Shown here: positions 10,418 through 21,753 of the stretch, piece by piece
Numbering within the stretch: the first letter of the stretch is position 1
Layout: each line of letters begins with the position of its first letter
Virus record (IMG/VR): IMGVR_UViG_3300034093_003283
DNA: 64,000 nt
DNA from: a virus
Strand: one strand, 5' to 3'
Position numbers and translations under genes: made by a program
Notes under the pieces: generated by a model
Seen by the model: only the letters and a program-made list of their open reading frames with translations
Told to the model about the DNA's origin: nothing
Database searches by the model: none

Positions 10418-12142
10418 ATGGCATTTCCAATATCACCAACCAACGGCCAAACGGCCACAGTAAACGGTATAACATATACCTACAGTGACACTTATGGCAC
10501 ATGGACAAGGTTGCGTACGGATGCTAACGTAATAACATCTTTGGCGAACGCAGCATTTGATAGAGCAAATGCGGCCTATAATGCTGCAAATACTGCCACA
10601 GATCCATGGGTAAGAACACAAGCTAATAATGCATATGATAAAGCCAATTCAGGTGCAACATTTGCTAATGGTGCTTTTGTAACTGCTAATGCGGCATTTA
10701 CATCACAAAATACAACAGCTGATTTTGCCAACGGTGCATTTGTAGCAGCCAACTCTGGTGCATCTTTTGCTAATGCAGCTTTCTTAACAGCCAACTCAGC
10801 AGCCAGTTTTGCTAACGGTGCATTTACCACAGCAAACTTAAAATTCAACACTTCAGGTGGTACAATTTCTGGCGATGTTAATATTACAGGCAATCTTTCC
10901 ATAACAGGAAACACATTCAGCACCAGTGCCACACAGATTGTTGCTAATGATACTCTGTTCATCATGGGTACCGGAAACTATTCAGGTGATGTACTTGATA
11001 TTGGTTTTGCGGCACACTATAATAATGGTATCAATGCACACACAGGTTTGATACGTGATGCTGGTACTAAAGAATGGCAGTTGTTTGAAGAATATACTCC
11101 AGAAGTTGGTTCAAACAATAACATCATTATAACAGATGGTTCATTTAAGATTGCAACATTAAATGCAAATCTAAAATCTACATCAATTACAATCAAGGGC
11201 ATAGATTTATTGCCATATGTGAATAATGCTTTTGATAAGGCAAATTCTGGTGCATCGTTTGCTAATGGTGCTTTTGATGCAGCCAACTCTGCGGCATCTT
11301 TTGCTAATGCAGCATTTGGTTCATCCAATTCAGCCAGTTTGTATGCCAATGGTGCATTCACGGCAGCCAATACTGCCGATGGTAAAGCCACAAGTGCTGG
11401 TCTGTATGCCAATGCAGCTTTTGCTGCAGCCAATACTGGTGCTTCTTCAACAGATTCCTATGCAAGAAGTACCGCAAATGCAGCTTTTGTTCAAGCTAAT
11501 GCTGCATTTAATCAAGCAAATACTGGTGGTACAGATACATGGGTAAGAACACAAGCTAATAATGCATATGACAAAGCTAATTCTGGTGCATCTTTCGCTA
11601 ATGGAGCTTTCACCACAGCCAATTCTGGTGCAATATTTGCAAATGCAGCCTTTGATAGAGCCAATGCTGCTTATGCTCAGGCAAATACAGGTAGCGCCGG
11701 ATCAGGAACACCAGTAGTAATTTATTCTGATAGATTCACCGCAAGCGGCGCAACAACAACATTCACTTTAAGCACATCACCAACAAGTGAAAATTATATA
11801 ATTGTTGTTGTTGACGGTATCACACAACTCAGAGACACATATAGTGTTTCTGGTAATGTGGTAACATTTGATACTACATTTGAAAATGGTGCGAATGTTG
11901 AAGTCACTGCAATAACTGGTGGCGGCAGTCTCGACCCTTATGCCGCAAACACAGCAAACTTGGCATACACACAAGCTAATGCGGCCTTTGCTGCAGCTAA
12001 TAGTGCTGGCGGTGCGGATACATATGCTAGAACAACCGCAAATGCAGCATTCATTACAGCCAACGCAGCATTCATCCAAGCAAATACAGGTGGTACATCA
12101 TTATCAAAGGCGATTGCAATGTCAATTGTTTTTGGATTCTAA
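10418..12142 (+). CDS. Ala/Asn-repeat virion fibre stalk protein
   Basis: 'MAFP.SPTNGQ....NGITYTY....W' N-terminus; ANxAF repeats; central domain nearly identical to 6578; ends KAIAMSIVFGF. Confidence 0.65.
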   Translation: MAFPISPTNGQTATVNGITYTYSDTYGTWTRLRTDANVITSLANAAFDRANAAYNAANTATDPWVRTQANNAYDKANSGATFANGAFVTANAAFTSQNTTADFANGAFVAANSGASFANAAFLTANSAASFANGAFTTANLKFNTSGGTISGDVNITGNLSITGNTFSTSATQIVANDTLFIMGTGNYSGDVLDIGFAAHYNNGINAHTGLIRDAGTKEWQLFEEYTPEVGSNNNIIITDGSFKIATLNANLKSTSITIKGIDLLPYVNNAFDKANSGASFANGAFDAANSAASFANAAFGSSNSASLYANGAFTAANTADGKATSAGLYANAAFAAANTGASSTDSYARSTANAAFVQANAAFNQANTGGTDTWVRTQANNAYDKANSGASFANGAFTTANSGAIFANAAFDRANAAYAQANTGSAGSGTPVVIYSDRFTASGATTTFTLSTSPTSENYIIVVVDGITQLRDTYSVSGNVVTFDTTFENGANVEVTAITGGGSLDPYAANTANLAYTQANAAFAAANSAGGADTYARTTANAAFITANAAFIQANTGGTSLSKAIAMSIVFGF

Positions 12143-12151
12143 GGATTTAAA

Positions 12152-12511
12152 ATGGCAAACCCAAACATAGCAGCACTAACAACAATTAATGGAAATACAC
12201 AGGTACAAGCAGTCACCACATCGGCTGCAGCTATTGCAGTCAATCCATCATCTAGTGGTATGATATTGAAAATCAACTCATTGATTATTTCCAATATTCA
12301 TGCAACGAATGCACAAGATATAACAGTTGATTTGTTTAGAAGTGCAACAGCCTATAAAATAATTAGCACAGTTTCGGTGGCCGCAGACACTTCGTTTACA
12401 GCCATTGATAAAACACTTTCCATTTATTTGTTAGAAGGTGATACTTTGAGATTGACAGCCAGCAACAACAGCACACTACAAGCAATCTGTTCGTTTGAGG
12501 AGATCAGTTAA
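12152..12511 (+). CDS. Small virion protein (adaptor-like)
   Basis: MANPNI...I.G....YL.EGD.L......SFEEIS; paralogue of 2663 and 9155. Confidence 0.6.
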   Translation: MANPNIAALTTINGNTQVQAVTTSAAAIAVNPSSSGMILKINSLIISNIHATNAQDITVDLFRSATAYKIISTVSVAADTSFTAIDKTLSIYLLEGDTLRLTASNNSTLQAICSFEEIS

Positions 12512-15500
12512 TGTTTAATGCCGGTGTTAGAGGCAAAAGATCAAAAGACACAACAGGTATTATTACAGTTGGTGAACATTTTAACCAACAAAATTTCCTA
12601 GTACCTACTGTTACCCGGTTTGCGGTAACTGATGGATCTTATGTTGACACAAATGATGCCGCAGCAGACACAGCAGGCAGTCAAACCATCGTCTTATATG
12701 GGTCAGGTTTCGCACCTGGTGCGACCGTTTTGGTTGGGTCTACTACGATAGGTGCAGTAACATTCCTGGATTCTGGACGCCTGGCATTTAGTTCTCCTGC
12801 ATTAGGTTCTGGTAGTTATACCATTTTCGTTACCAATGCAAATGGTGGTACTGGTATTCTTGTACCAGGTTTGGTATATTCTGGTGTACCAACATTCACA
12901 ACGTCAGCTGGTTCATTGGGTTCTGTATATGAAACAACTGCAATCAGTACAACAGTTGTTGCAACAGGCGATGCACCAATTACATATGCAATATCTTCTG
13001 GTTCTTTACCAACAGGTTCAACACTAAGTTCTAGTGGTACAATTTCAGGTACTGCACCTGTGGATGGTTCAAGTACAACATATTCATTTACTGTACAAGC
13101 CACGGATGCAGATAATCAGGACTCAGTTCGTTCTTTTTCACTTACAATTAATACAGATGTTGTTTCATTCTCATCACCAGCAAACAACACAACAACTACT
13201 GTAACACAAAATTCACCAATATCAAATGTGACACCTGCTGCAACTTCTGCGGCCGGTTATGGTGTACTGTATACTTCTAGTGGATTGCCAACTGGTCTAT
13301 CAATGAATACCTCCACAGGTATAATTTCTGGTACACCAACTGTTGTTGCAAGTAACACATCAATCATAACTGCAACTGCAAATACAACAAGTAGAACTGC
13401 GGCACTATATTTGAACTGGACAATCAATCTTCCTGGTGACTTGTTCTGGAAGTATGCATCATTATTAATGAGTGCAAATTCTGCGCCAAACGGAAACACA
13501 TTCAACACAGATGCAAGTACAATCAATAATGAAATTGTGGTTGTTGCAGATACAAAGCCAAATGAGTTCCATCCTTTTAAAGAAGGTTATTACAGCAACT
13601 TCTTTGATGGTACGGGGGATTATTTGGCCATATTGACCAGTTCCGCTTTCAACATTGCTACCAATAGTTTTACGGTAGAAGCATGGATCAATACCAGTTC
13701 AGCAACACAACAAACAATTTTTAACATTTCAGATACCGCCAGTTCAGGGTATGGAGCTGTTCGTGTTCAAGTATTAGCCGATAAAACTGTACAATGGTTA
13801 ATGGGTCCAGGTGGTTCTTGGGGTGTGGCAGTAACCGCAGGATCAATTGTTTTGGGAGCATGGAACCACATCGCAATTACTCGCAACGGATCATCTGTAT
13901 ATTTCTTTGTTAATGGATTGCAAGTGGGTACAACACAAACTTATGCAACTTCTTTAACAACGGGTGGCACAACATACATTGGCTACAATAGCGGCACAGC
14001 ATATGGATTTAACGGTTATATTTCCAATCTTAGATTTGTAAATGGCACCGCATTATATACCGCAAATACAACTTTATCAACTGCACCACTAACATATGTG
14101 GCCAACACATCTTTGTTGACATGTCAATCTAATAGACTGATTGACAATTCAAATAATAACTTTACAATCGTAAAGGGTGGTGATACAAGAGTTAATCCAT
14201 TTAGCCCATTCAATGGCACACCAACAACAGTCACTGTGCCTGGTGCAAATAATTACAGTGTATATTTTGATGGTACTGGAGATTATTTGACTACCGCAGC
14301 AACTTCGGTTTGGGCAAATTTATGGTTTGGTGATGTAACAGTAGAATGTTGGGTATATTTTAATTCTGTTGCAAGCACGCCGCACATTTGGTCATTTAGT
14401 GAATCATCATCTATAAGAGTAACTTTGTATGTAGATTCTTCTGTGTTTAAATTATATACTACAGTAAGCACAGGTAGTGTTATTATTACCTCAGCTACAA
14501 CACTTACTACTGGTCGTTGGTATCATGTAGCTATAACTAAAAATAGTGGTACTTGGACAATGTGGTTAAATGGTGTATCTCAAGGTACATCTACGAGTAC
14601 GAATAGACCATATGGTGTAAATGAAATGTTAGCAGTAGGAACTCAAAACTATTCACCCGGCGCAGGTGATTATTTAAACGGTTATATTTCCAATTTTCGT
14701 GCAGTATCTAATACCGCAGTATACACCTCAGCCTTTACACCAAGTACAACACCACTCACCGCAATTGCCAACACCAGTTTGTTAACAGCACAAGCAAACA
14801 CTATAATTGACAATTCTAGTAATGCACTTACTATTACCACAAATGGTAATGCAGGTCCAGCAAGAAACGGACCTTTTGCAAACACAACAACAGTTACTTT
14901 AATTGGCAATGAAGGATCAGCATATTTTGATGGTACTGGTGATCTTTTAACAATACCAAATCATCCCTCACATGCTGCATTGGGAACATCAAATTTCACT
15001 TTAGAGTTATGGTTTAATCAAACTGTTTTAAATGCTCGTGACAATTACCTTATTTCCCATCGTGTAGGTGGTTATGCACCATTTTTATTCTGGATCAACA
15101 GTTCGGGTTCATTAAGATCGTATGCAAGTACCAGTTTAGGTAGTTGGGATACAATGAATGATACCGCTTTGGCTACAATATCTCTTAATACATGGTATCA
15201 TCTTGCATACACTCGGAGTGGATCTACATTTAAAATATTTTTAAATGGTGCTCAAGTACATTCATTTACATCATCTGCAACATTTACCACAGCAACTACT
15301 GCACTTAACATAGGTGGTCAAGTTGGAGGCACTGATAACTTTACTGGATATGTTTCTAATGCTCGGTTTGTCAAAGGCACCGCATTATACACCAGTGCAT
15401 TCGTTCCTTCTTTTGCACCACTAACACCTGTGGCCAATACAGTATTGTTGACAGCACAAACAAACCTATCTTCAAATACAAAAGTGATAGTTGATGAAAG

Positions 15501-18500
15501 TAATTTAAACAATATAGTTTCAGGATTTGGAAACTCAAACTTAGGCACATTCAGCCCATTTGGCAGTTCACGGAGTGTATATTTTGATGGTACTGGTGAT
15601 TATTTGGACGTACCTAGTAACGCTGTTTTTACATTGGGTACAGGTGATTTCACAATTGAAGGTTGGATGTATATGAATTCGGTGACAACCGGCACATTAT
15701 ATGATAGTAGAACCGGTGTATCTTCTGTATCTCCTGTAATTTATTTAACTAGCGGAGTGTTAGTATATTATGTTGCTGGATCAAATGTAATAACTGGACC
15801 AACATTATTAACAGGTCAATGGTATCATATCGCAGTAGTTAGAAATTCTGGTTCTACTAAAATGTATTTAAATGGTACTCAAACTGGATCAACTTACACA
15901 GATAGTAACAATTATGTAATTGGAGGACCTAAAATAGGTGCAGGTTACAGTAATGTAAATTTATTAACTGGTTACATTTCTAACCTTCGTGTTGTTAAAG
16001 GAACCGCAGTTTACACCGCAAATACAACTGCGCCAACCACACCATTAGTATCAGTAGCTAACACAGTATTACTAACTTGTAACTCAAATCAATTTGTTGA
16101 TTATGCTGCGGCCAATAATGTTATCACAAGAAACGGTGATGCTGTTGTGTCTGAATTCAGCCCATTCAGTACAGTCACAGTAACGCCTGCAAGTTATAGT
16201 GGTTACTTTGATGGTAATGGAGATTATTTGAGTGTACCCACTAATGCTGCATTTTCTATTGGTACTGGTGATTATACAGTTGAAACATGGTTATACTTAA
16301 CTGGAAGTGCCGCAAACATGACATTTTTTGCTGGAGGTGTTACTGGCACACCCGTATTTAATATTGGATTAACACGAACTACTATAAGTATTAATCCGTA
16401 CGGCTCAGGGCCGGTTAATGAAACACAAGGATGTGTTCAGTATTTTAATTTTAATTTAAATACATGGTATCATGTGGCAATTACTAGAGCAAGTGGCACC
16501 ACTAAAATATTTTTGAACGGAACGCAACTTGGTACAAATGTAAATGATCCATATGGTTATGTACAAGGTGCAATGGGTATCGGTGCAACTCAAGATAATG
16601 TTCAACCTTTTACTGGTTATATCTCAAACCTTAGATACGTGAAAGGCACCGCATTATACACTTCAAACTTCACACCATCCACAACACCACTAACAGCCGT
16701 TGCAAACACCAGTTTGTTAGCTTGCCAGTCTACAACATTTGTTGACACCAGTAATAATGCATTTGCAATCACAGTCAACGGTAATGCAAAGCCAGTGATA
16801 CAAAATCCGTTTACTGATACTGTTAGTACTGCATCAAATTATTCTGCAAACACTTTTGGTAACAGCGTGTACTTTGATGGCACTGGAGATTATGCAAGCT
16901 ACACTGCATCATTATTAATTCCAGGTCCATTTACTGCGGAGTGTTGGTTCTACAATACAAGTACTTCGGGCGCACAACAAACACTTTTTGCATTTAATTC
17001 TACTTCTGGTGCATATGCATCAGTTAGAGTTGACTGTGATGGAAGTAACGCTTCAAATCAGATGCAAGCTCTTTTAAGTACCAGCGGTTCTGCATGGACC
17101 ACAAACATAGGAGTGACTAGTGCTTATGTAAAGGGTGTTTGGAACCATATAGCTGTTACCCGTGACAGTTCAAATTTAGTTAGATTTTTTGTGAATGGTG
17201 TGGTGATCGGCACCGCAACACAAACGGGAACGTTATATAACACATCAACCATTCACGGAATTGGTACGGCAAGCTTGCCCGGTGCTATAAGCGGTCCATT
17301 CCAAGGGTATATTTCAAACCTCAGAATGATTAATGGTCAAGCACTATACACCGGACCATTTATACCTTCTGGTCAACCATTACCAGTAACATCAAACACA
17401 ACATTGTTGCTTGCAAGCACAGTAGGTCCATCAACAGCAGATGCAACAAGAAACCACAATATAGAAACTTTTGGTACTGCAAGACAAGTGGCCAACAATT
17501 CACCATACTATGATACATACAGTGCATACTTTAAGGGTAGCTCGGATTTGCTGTCAATACCGGGAAATTCAGCATTTGCATTTGGTACAGGAGATTTTAC
17601 TGTTGAATTTTGGTTATATAATAATGTTTCATGGGCTTCACAAACTAATCCGGGTGTTGTTGGACAAAAACAGGATGATGGAACAGCCGGTTGGCAAATC
17701 TATAGAAACGGCGGTTCAAATGATATGTATGTTAGAATCGTTAACACCAATGATTATGGTTCCGGAGTAACTCCAGCAACACAGGTTTGGGAACATTGGG
17801 CTTTAGTTAGATCCGGTAGCAATTTAACTTGGTATAGAAATGGTACTGCTACTTATACACATACTGGATTTAGCCAGAATATAACTGATACAGCAGGTTT
17901 ATTGTATATTGGATATACGCAAACATGGGGTGGATATCTCAATGCAATAATTTCAAATTTACGTATTGTAAAGGGTACCGCAGTATACACCTCAAATTTT
18001 ACACCAAGTACCACACCACTAACCGCAATAGCAAACACAGTATTATTAACATGCCAATCAAATAGATTCATTGATGGATCCACGAATGCATTTACTATTA
18101 CCAAAGCAGGTGACGCAAAGATAACCGCATTTGTACCTTTTGCGAACAGCAATAACTCAAGATTTAATTCTGTGTATTTCCCAACCAAAACAGATTATCT
18201 TGGTATAAGACCACAACCAAATGTTATAACATTTCCAGGTGACTTCACATTCGAATGCTGGGTGTATCCAACAGACACTACACTAAGTTCTACTTGGGGT
18301 ATTTGGGATTCCAGACAAGCTGGCGGAACTGCAAACCCAATGATATTCTTTTTGACGGCTTTAGCATCACCAGTTACCGGTTCATGGAGATTGTCTTATT
18401 ATAATGGAACACAATATTATGGTACAGGAACAGTTTTATGGAATCAATGGACACATGTGGCTTGGGCTCGTAGTGGTACGACAATGACTTTCTATGTCAA

Positions 18501-18693
18501 TGGTGTTGCAGGTGGAACAGCAACAATTTCTGGAACACAAACTGGCAATGCAACTACTGCTCCAATATACATTGGTTCAAAAGACAGTGGAACAAGTGGT
18601 TACGGAACAATTGGATACATTGCAGATTTGAGAGTCACAAATGGTGATGCAAGAACCATAATTTTACCAACAGCCCCATACGATATCAAATAA
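12511..18693 (+). CDS. Large (2060 aa) Ig-like plus multi-LamG/ConA lectin virion protein
   Basis: N-terminus paralogous to 3722; about 8 tandem 'S.YFDGTGDYL...FT.E.W...W.H.A..R...GYISN.R' repeats. Confidence 0.75.
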   Translation: MFNAGVRGKRSKDTTGIITVGEHFNQQNFLVPTVTRFAVTDGSYVDTNDAAADTAGSQTIVLYGSGFAPGATVLVGSTTIGAVTFLDSGRLAFSSPALGSGSYTIFVTNANGGTGILVPGLVYSGVPTFTTSAGSLGSVYETTAISTTVVATGDAPITYAISSGSLPTGSTLSSSGTISGTAPVDGSSTTYSFTVQATDADNQDSVRSFSLTINTDVVSFSSPANNTTTTVTQNSPISNVTPAATSAAGYGVLYTSSGLPTGLSMNTSTGIISGTPTVVASNTSIITATANTTSRTAALYLNWTINLPGDLFWKYASLLMSANSAPNGNTFNTDASTINNEIVVVADTKPNEFHPFKEGYYSNFFDGTGDYLAILTSSAFNIATNSFTVEAWINTSSATQQTIFNISDTASSGYGAVRVQVLADKTVQWLMGPGGSWGVAVTAGSIVLGAWNHIAITRNGSSVYFFVNGLQVGTTQTYATSLTTGGTTYIGYNSGTAYGFNGYISNLRFVNGTALYTANTTLSTAPLTYVANTSLLTCQSNRLIDNSNNNFTIVKGGDTRVNPFSPFNGTPTTVTVPGANNYSVYFDGTGDYLTTAATSVWANLWFGDVTVECWVYFNSVASTPHIWSFSESSSIRVTLYVDSSVFKLYTTVSTGSVIITSATTLTTGRWYHVAITKNSGTWTMWLNGVSQGTSTSTNRPYGVNEMLAVGTQNYSPGAGDYLNGYISNFRAVSNTAVYTSAFTPSTTPLTAIANTSLLTAQANTIIDNSSNALTITTNGNAGPARNGPFANTTTVTLIGNEGSAYFDGTGDLLTIPNHPSHAALGTSNFTLELWFNQTVLNARDNYLISHRVGGYAPFLFWINSSGSLRSYASTSLGSWDTMNDTALATISLNTWYHLAYTRSGSTFKIFLNGAQVHSFTSSATFTTATTALNIGGQVGGTDNFTGYVSNARFVKGTALYTSAFVPSFAPLTPVANTVLLTAQTNLSSNTKVIVDESNLNNIVSGFGNSNLGTFSPFGSSRSVYFDGTGDYLDVPSNAVFTLGTGDFTIEGWMYMNSVTTGTLYDSRTGVSSVSPVIYLTSGVLVYYVAGSNVITGPTLLTGQWYHIAVVRNSGSTKMYLNGTQTGSTYTDSNNYVIGGPKIGAGYSNVNLLTGYISNLRVVKGTAVYTANTTAPTTPLVSVANTVLLTCNSNQFVDYAAANNVITRNGDAVVSEFSPFSTVTVTPASYSGYFDGNGDYLSVPTNAAFSIGTGDYTVETWLYLTGSAANMTFFAGGVTGTPVFNIGLTRTTISINPYGSGPVNETQGCVQYFNFNLNTWYHVAITRASGTTKIFLNGTQLGTNVNDPYGYVQGAMGIGATQDNVQPFTGYISNLRYVKGTALYTSNFTPSTTPLTAVANTSLLACQSTTFVDTSNNAFAITVNGNAKPVIQNPFTDTVSTASNYSANTFGNSVYFDGTGDYASYTASLLIPGPFTAECWFYNTSTSGAQQTLFAFNSTSGAYASVRVDCDGSNASNQMQALLSTSGSAWTTNIGVTSAYVKGVWNHIAVTRDSSNLVRFFVNGVVIGTATQTGTLYNTSTIHGIGTASLPGAISGPFQGYISNLRMINGQALYTGPFIPSGQPLPVTSNTTLLLASTVGPSTADATRNHNIETFGTARQVANNSPYYDTYSAYFKGSSDLLSIPGNSAFAFGTGDFTVEFWLYNNVSWASQTNPGVVGQKQDDGTAGWQIYRNGGSNDMYVRIVNTNDYGSGVTPATQVWEHWALVRSGSNLTWYRNGTATYTHTGFSQNITDTAGLLYIGYTQTWGGYLNAIISNLRIVKGTAVYTSNFTPSTTPLTAIANTVLLTCQSNRFIDGSTNAFTITKAGDAKITAFVPFANSNNSRFNSVYFPTKTDYLGIRPQPNVITFPGDFTFECWVYPTDTTLSSTWGIWDSRQAGGTANPMIFFLTALASPVTGSWRLSYYNGTQYYGTGTVLWNQWTHVAWARSGTTMTFYVNGVAGGTATISGTQTGNATTAPIYIGSKDSGTSGYGTIGYIADLRVTNGDARTIILPTAPYDIK

Positions 18694-18716
18694 ATAGTAT
18701 GAAAAGGCTATAACTA

Positions 18717-19994
18717 ATGTCAACACAAGTACCTCCATCAAGATTAGATTCAACCAAAGATTTTTCATCTTTGGTACCCTCTGCATTTGGCCGAGCAAAT
18801 CTTGCTTTTGCACAAGCTAATGCTGCGTTTGCACAAGCAAATACTGGCGGTTCTGGTGCAGATGCATATGCAAGAGATACGGCCAATGCGGGATTCATTA
18901 CTGCAAACTCAGCGTCAGTATTTGCGAATGGTGCATTTGATAGAGCCAATGCATCTTATGGTGTTGCAAATTCCGGTTCATCATTTGCAAATAGTTCTTT
19001 TGACCGTGCTAATGCAGCATACAATGCAGCTAATACAGCAACAGATTCATGGGTAAGAACTCAGGCAAACAATGCTTATGATAAAGCAAATTCGGCTGGT
19101 TCTTTTGCAAACGGTGCTTTTGATAGAGCTAATGCATCTTATGCATCACAAAACACTACGGCGGGTTTTGCCAATTCGGCATTTGCACACGCAAATGCGG
19201 CCTTTGCATCTGCTAATATAGCTAGTGGAAGTAATAACACAATATCGATTCAAACGGATAAATTTGTAGCAAATGGATCAACAACAACATTTAATTTAAG
19301 TGTAACACCTTTAAGTGAAGATTTTGTTACGGCAGTTGTTGAGGGTGCTGTTCAACTGAGAGACACATATACAGTATCAAGCAATGTGATATATTTTGAT
19401 TCAACATTCGAAAACGGTGCAAATATTGAAGTAACCATTTTGTCCGGAAATTCTTATTTGAGTGTATCAAGCACGGATACATATGCTAGAGGTACAGCAA
19501 ATGCAGCATTTGCAAAAGCAAATAATAATCTAACAGCCGCAACAGCTCAATCAGGCAGCGGAACAGCTGTAGACTTTACTAGTATTCCAAGTTGGGTTAA
19601 AAGAATAACTCTAATGTTTGCATTAGTTAGTACCAACGGAAATTCATTTCCTTTGGTTCAATTGGGAAATGGTGGATCAGCAACCACTTCGGGATACAAC
19701 TCAGTAGGCACAGCACTAACGGCTAGTGCCACAGGTGTATCAACAAGCACCGCTGGATTTATTATAAGAAACACTGGACAGTCAACTAGTTCTATGCATG
19801 GAAGTGTAGTTTTTAGTAATATAAATGGCAACCGTTGGGTGGCTTCCGGAACTTTTATAGATACTCAAGACAGTAGAACAATGTGGTGTGTTGGCCAAGT
19901 GGATTTGGGTGGCACTCTTGATATGCTCAGAGTTACCACAGTTAACGGATCAGACTCATATGATACCGGTACCATTAACATATTATATGAGTAA
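18717..19994 (+). CDS. Ala/Asn-repeat virion fibre protein
   Basis: PSRLDSTKDFSSLVPSAF N-terminus shared with 20003; ANxAF repeats; C-terminal 'VDFTSIPSWVKRIT...GTINILYE' globular domain. Confidence 0.6.
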   Translation: MSTQVPPSRLDSTKDFSSLVPSAFGRANLAFAQANAAFAQANTGGSGADAYARDTANAGFITANSASVFANGAFDRANASYGVANSGSSFANSSFDRANAAYNAANTATDSWVRTQANNAYDKANSAGSFANGAFDRANASYASQNTTAGFANSAFAHANAAFASANIASGSNNTISIQTDKFVANGSTTTFNLSVTPLSEDFVTAVVEGAVQLRDTYTVSSNVIYFDSTFENGANIEVTILSGNSYLSVSSTDTYARGTANAAFAKANNNLTAATAQSGSGTAVDFTSIPSWVKRITLMFALVSTNGNSFPLVQLGNGGSATTSGYNSVGTALTASATGVSTSTAGFIIRNTGQSTSSMHGSVVFSNINGNRWVASGTFIDTQDSRTMWCVGQVDLGGTLDMLRVTTVNGSDSYDTGTINILYE

Positions 19995-20002
19995 ACAATA
20001 AA

Positions 20003-21751
20003 ATGCCAACAAAATTAAGTCCGTCAAGATTAGATTCAACCAAAGATTTTTCATCGTTGGTGCCTTCTGCCTTTGACCAAGCCAACTCTGCCGCTTCATT
20101 TGCAAACGGTGCTTTTACGGCAGCTAATACATCGGACTCAAAAGCTACAAGTGCTGGTGTATTTGCCAATAACGCATTTGATAGAGCTAATTCTGCCTAT
20201 GAAACGGCTAATGCAAGTTCTGGTACCTATGCAACGGCAGCTTTTGGTCAAGCCAATTCGGCAGCCAGTTTTGCTAATGGTGCTTTTACAACAGCCAATT
20301 CTAGTGCATCTTTTGCCAACGGAGCCTTTACTAAAGCAAACAATGCACTTGCAAATACCAGTGGTGCCACATTTAATGGAATTTTAAATGTTACAGGAAC
20401 ACTTAGAGCTCTATCTCAAGGTGGAGATGAAGGTGGTGAAATATTCTTAGACAAAGCCTCAACCAATACAACTTTGTCAGCTGGTGTAACAATTGACATT
20501 TATCAAAATAAACTTAGAATTTTTGAAACTGGTGGTTCTGTACGTGGTGCATTCATTGACATGTCTGCTGCAGGTGCAGGTGTTAGTAGTGATTTGTTAT
20601 CTGGTGGCGGAGGTGGTACAGTAGACACTACTGCTAGAGCTTCGGCGGCCACAGCAGATGCAAAAGCAGTCTCAGCAGCAGAATTTGCCAATGGTGCATT
20701 TGATAGAGCCAATGCTGCATATAATACTGCAAATAATGCAACAGATTCATGGGTGAGAAATCAGGCTAACAATGCCTATGATACAGCCAACTCGGCAGGT
20801 TCATATGCCAACGGAGCATTTACAACCGCAAACTCAGCCGCATCGTTTGCTAACGGAGCTTTCACGGCAGCCAATACGGCTGATGATAAAGCCACAAGTG
20901 CTGGTTCATTTGCTAATGGTGCTTTTGTAACTGCTAATAGTGGCGCAACATTTGCCAATGCAGCCTTTGATAGAGCCAATGCAGCATATGCACAGGCAAA
21001 TACAGGTGGTGGCGGTGGCGCTGATGCTTATGCCAGAGATACAGCAAACGCAGCTTTCTTGCAAGCCAACTCGGCAGCCAGTTTTGCTAATGGTGCTTTC
21101 GTAACAGCCAATGCATCCTATGCATCACAAAACACCACAGCATCTTTTGCAAACGGAGCATTTACAGCAGCCAATACGGCTGATGATAAAGCCGTTAGTG
21201 CTGGTTCATTTGCTAATGGTGCTTTTGATAGAGCCAACGCATCATATACTGCACAGAATACGACAGCAGGATTTGCCAACTCGGCATATGCACACGCCAA
21301 CGCAGCTTACTTAGCAGCAAATACAGGTGGTGGAGGTGGCGGCGGTGCTGATGCTTATGCCAGAGATACAGCAAATGCGGCTTTCTTAAAAGCAAATACA
21401 AATGTACTTATTGTTTCAATTGTAGAAGATTCAACATTTGTCACAGTAGGATCAGCTAAAGCAACATTTAGAGCACCATATGCCATGACATTGACAGGTT
21501 TACCTAGAGCTACATTAAATGTGGCATCAACTAGCGGAGTTGTTAACGTTGATGTTAAGTTAAGTGGCACAACAATATTAGGTGCAAATAAATTAACACT
21601 TGATGCAACAGAAAAAACAAGTACAACTGCGGCCGCAGCAACAAGTTATGTAACCACATCTATTGCTGACGATGCAGAAATTTCAATAGATGTTTTTTCT
21701 GCTGGTGTAAATGCTAAAGGATTAAAAGTAATTTTTTATTATACAAGTTAA
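20003..21751 (+). CDS. Ala/Asn-repeat virion fibre protein
   Basis: ANxAF repeats; C-terminal 'K.TFR.PYAMTL...KGLKV' domain shared with 24266. Confidence 0.6.
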   Translation: MPTKLSPSRLDSTKDFSSLVPSAFDQANSAASFANGAFTAANTSDSKATSAGVFANNAFDRANSAYETANASSGTYATAAFGQANSAASFANGAFTTANSSASFANGAFTKANNALANTSGATFNGILNVTGTLRALSQGGDEGGEIFLDKASTNTTLSAGVTIDIYQNKLRIFETGGSVRGAFIDMSAAGAGVSSDLLSGGGGGTVDTTARASAATADAKAVSAAEFANGAFDRANAAYNTANNATDSWVRNQANNAYDTANSAGSYANGAFTTANSAASFANGAFTAANTADDKATSAGSFANGAFVTANSGATFANAAFDRANAAYAQANTGGGGGADAYARDTANAAFLQANSAASFANGAFVTANASYASQNTTASFANGAFTAANTADDKAVSAGSFANGAFDRANASYTAQNTTAGFANSAYAHANAAYLAANTGGGGGGGADAYARDTANAAFLKANTNVLIVSIVEDSTFVTVGSAKATFRAPYAMTLTGLPRATLNVASTSGVVNVDVKLSGTTILGANKLTLDATEKTSTTAAAATSYVTTSIADDAEISIDVFSAGVNAKGLKVIFYYTS

Positions 21752-21753
21752 TT

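Noticed and set aside
6578-21400. Dense short DNA repeats resembling a CRISPR or tandem array
   Set aside because: They are in-frame coding repeats (ANxAF) with synonymous variation; there is no constant repeat with unique spacers and no cas gene.
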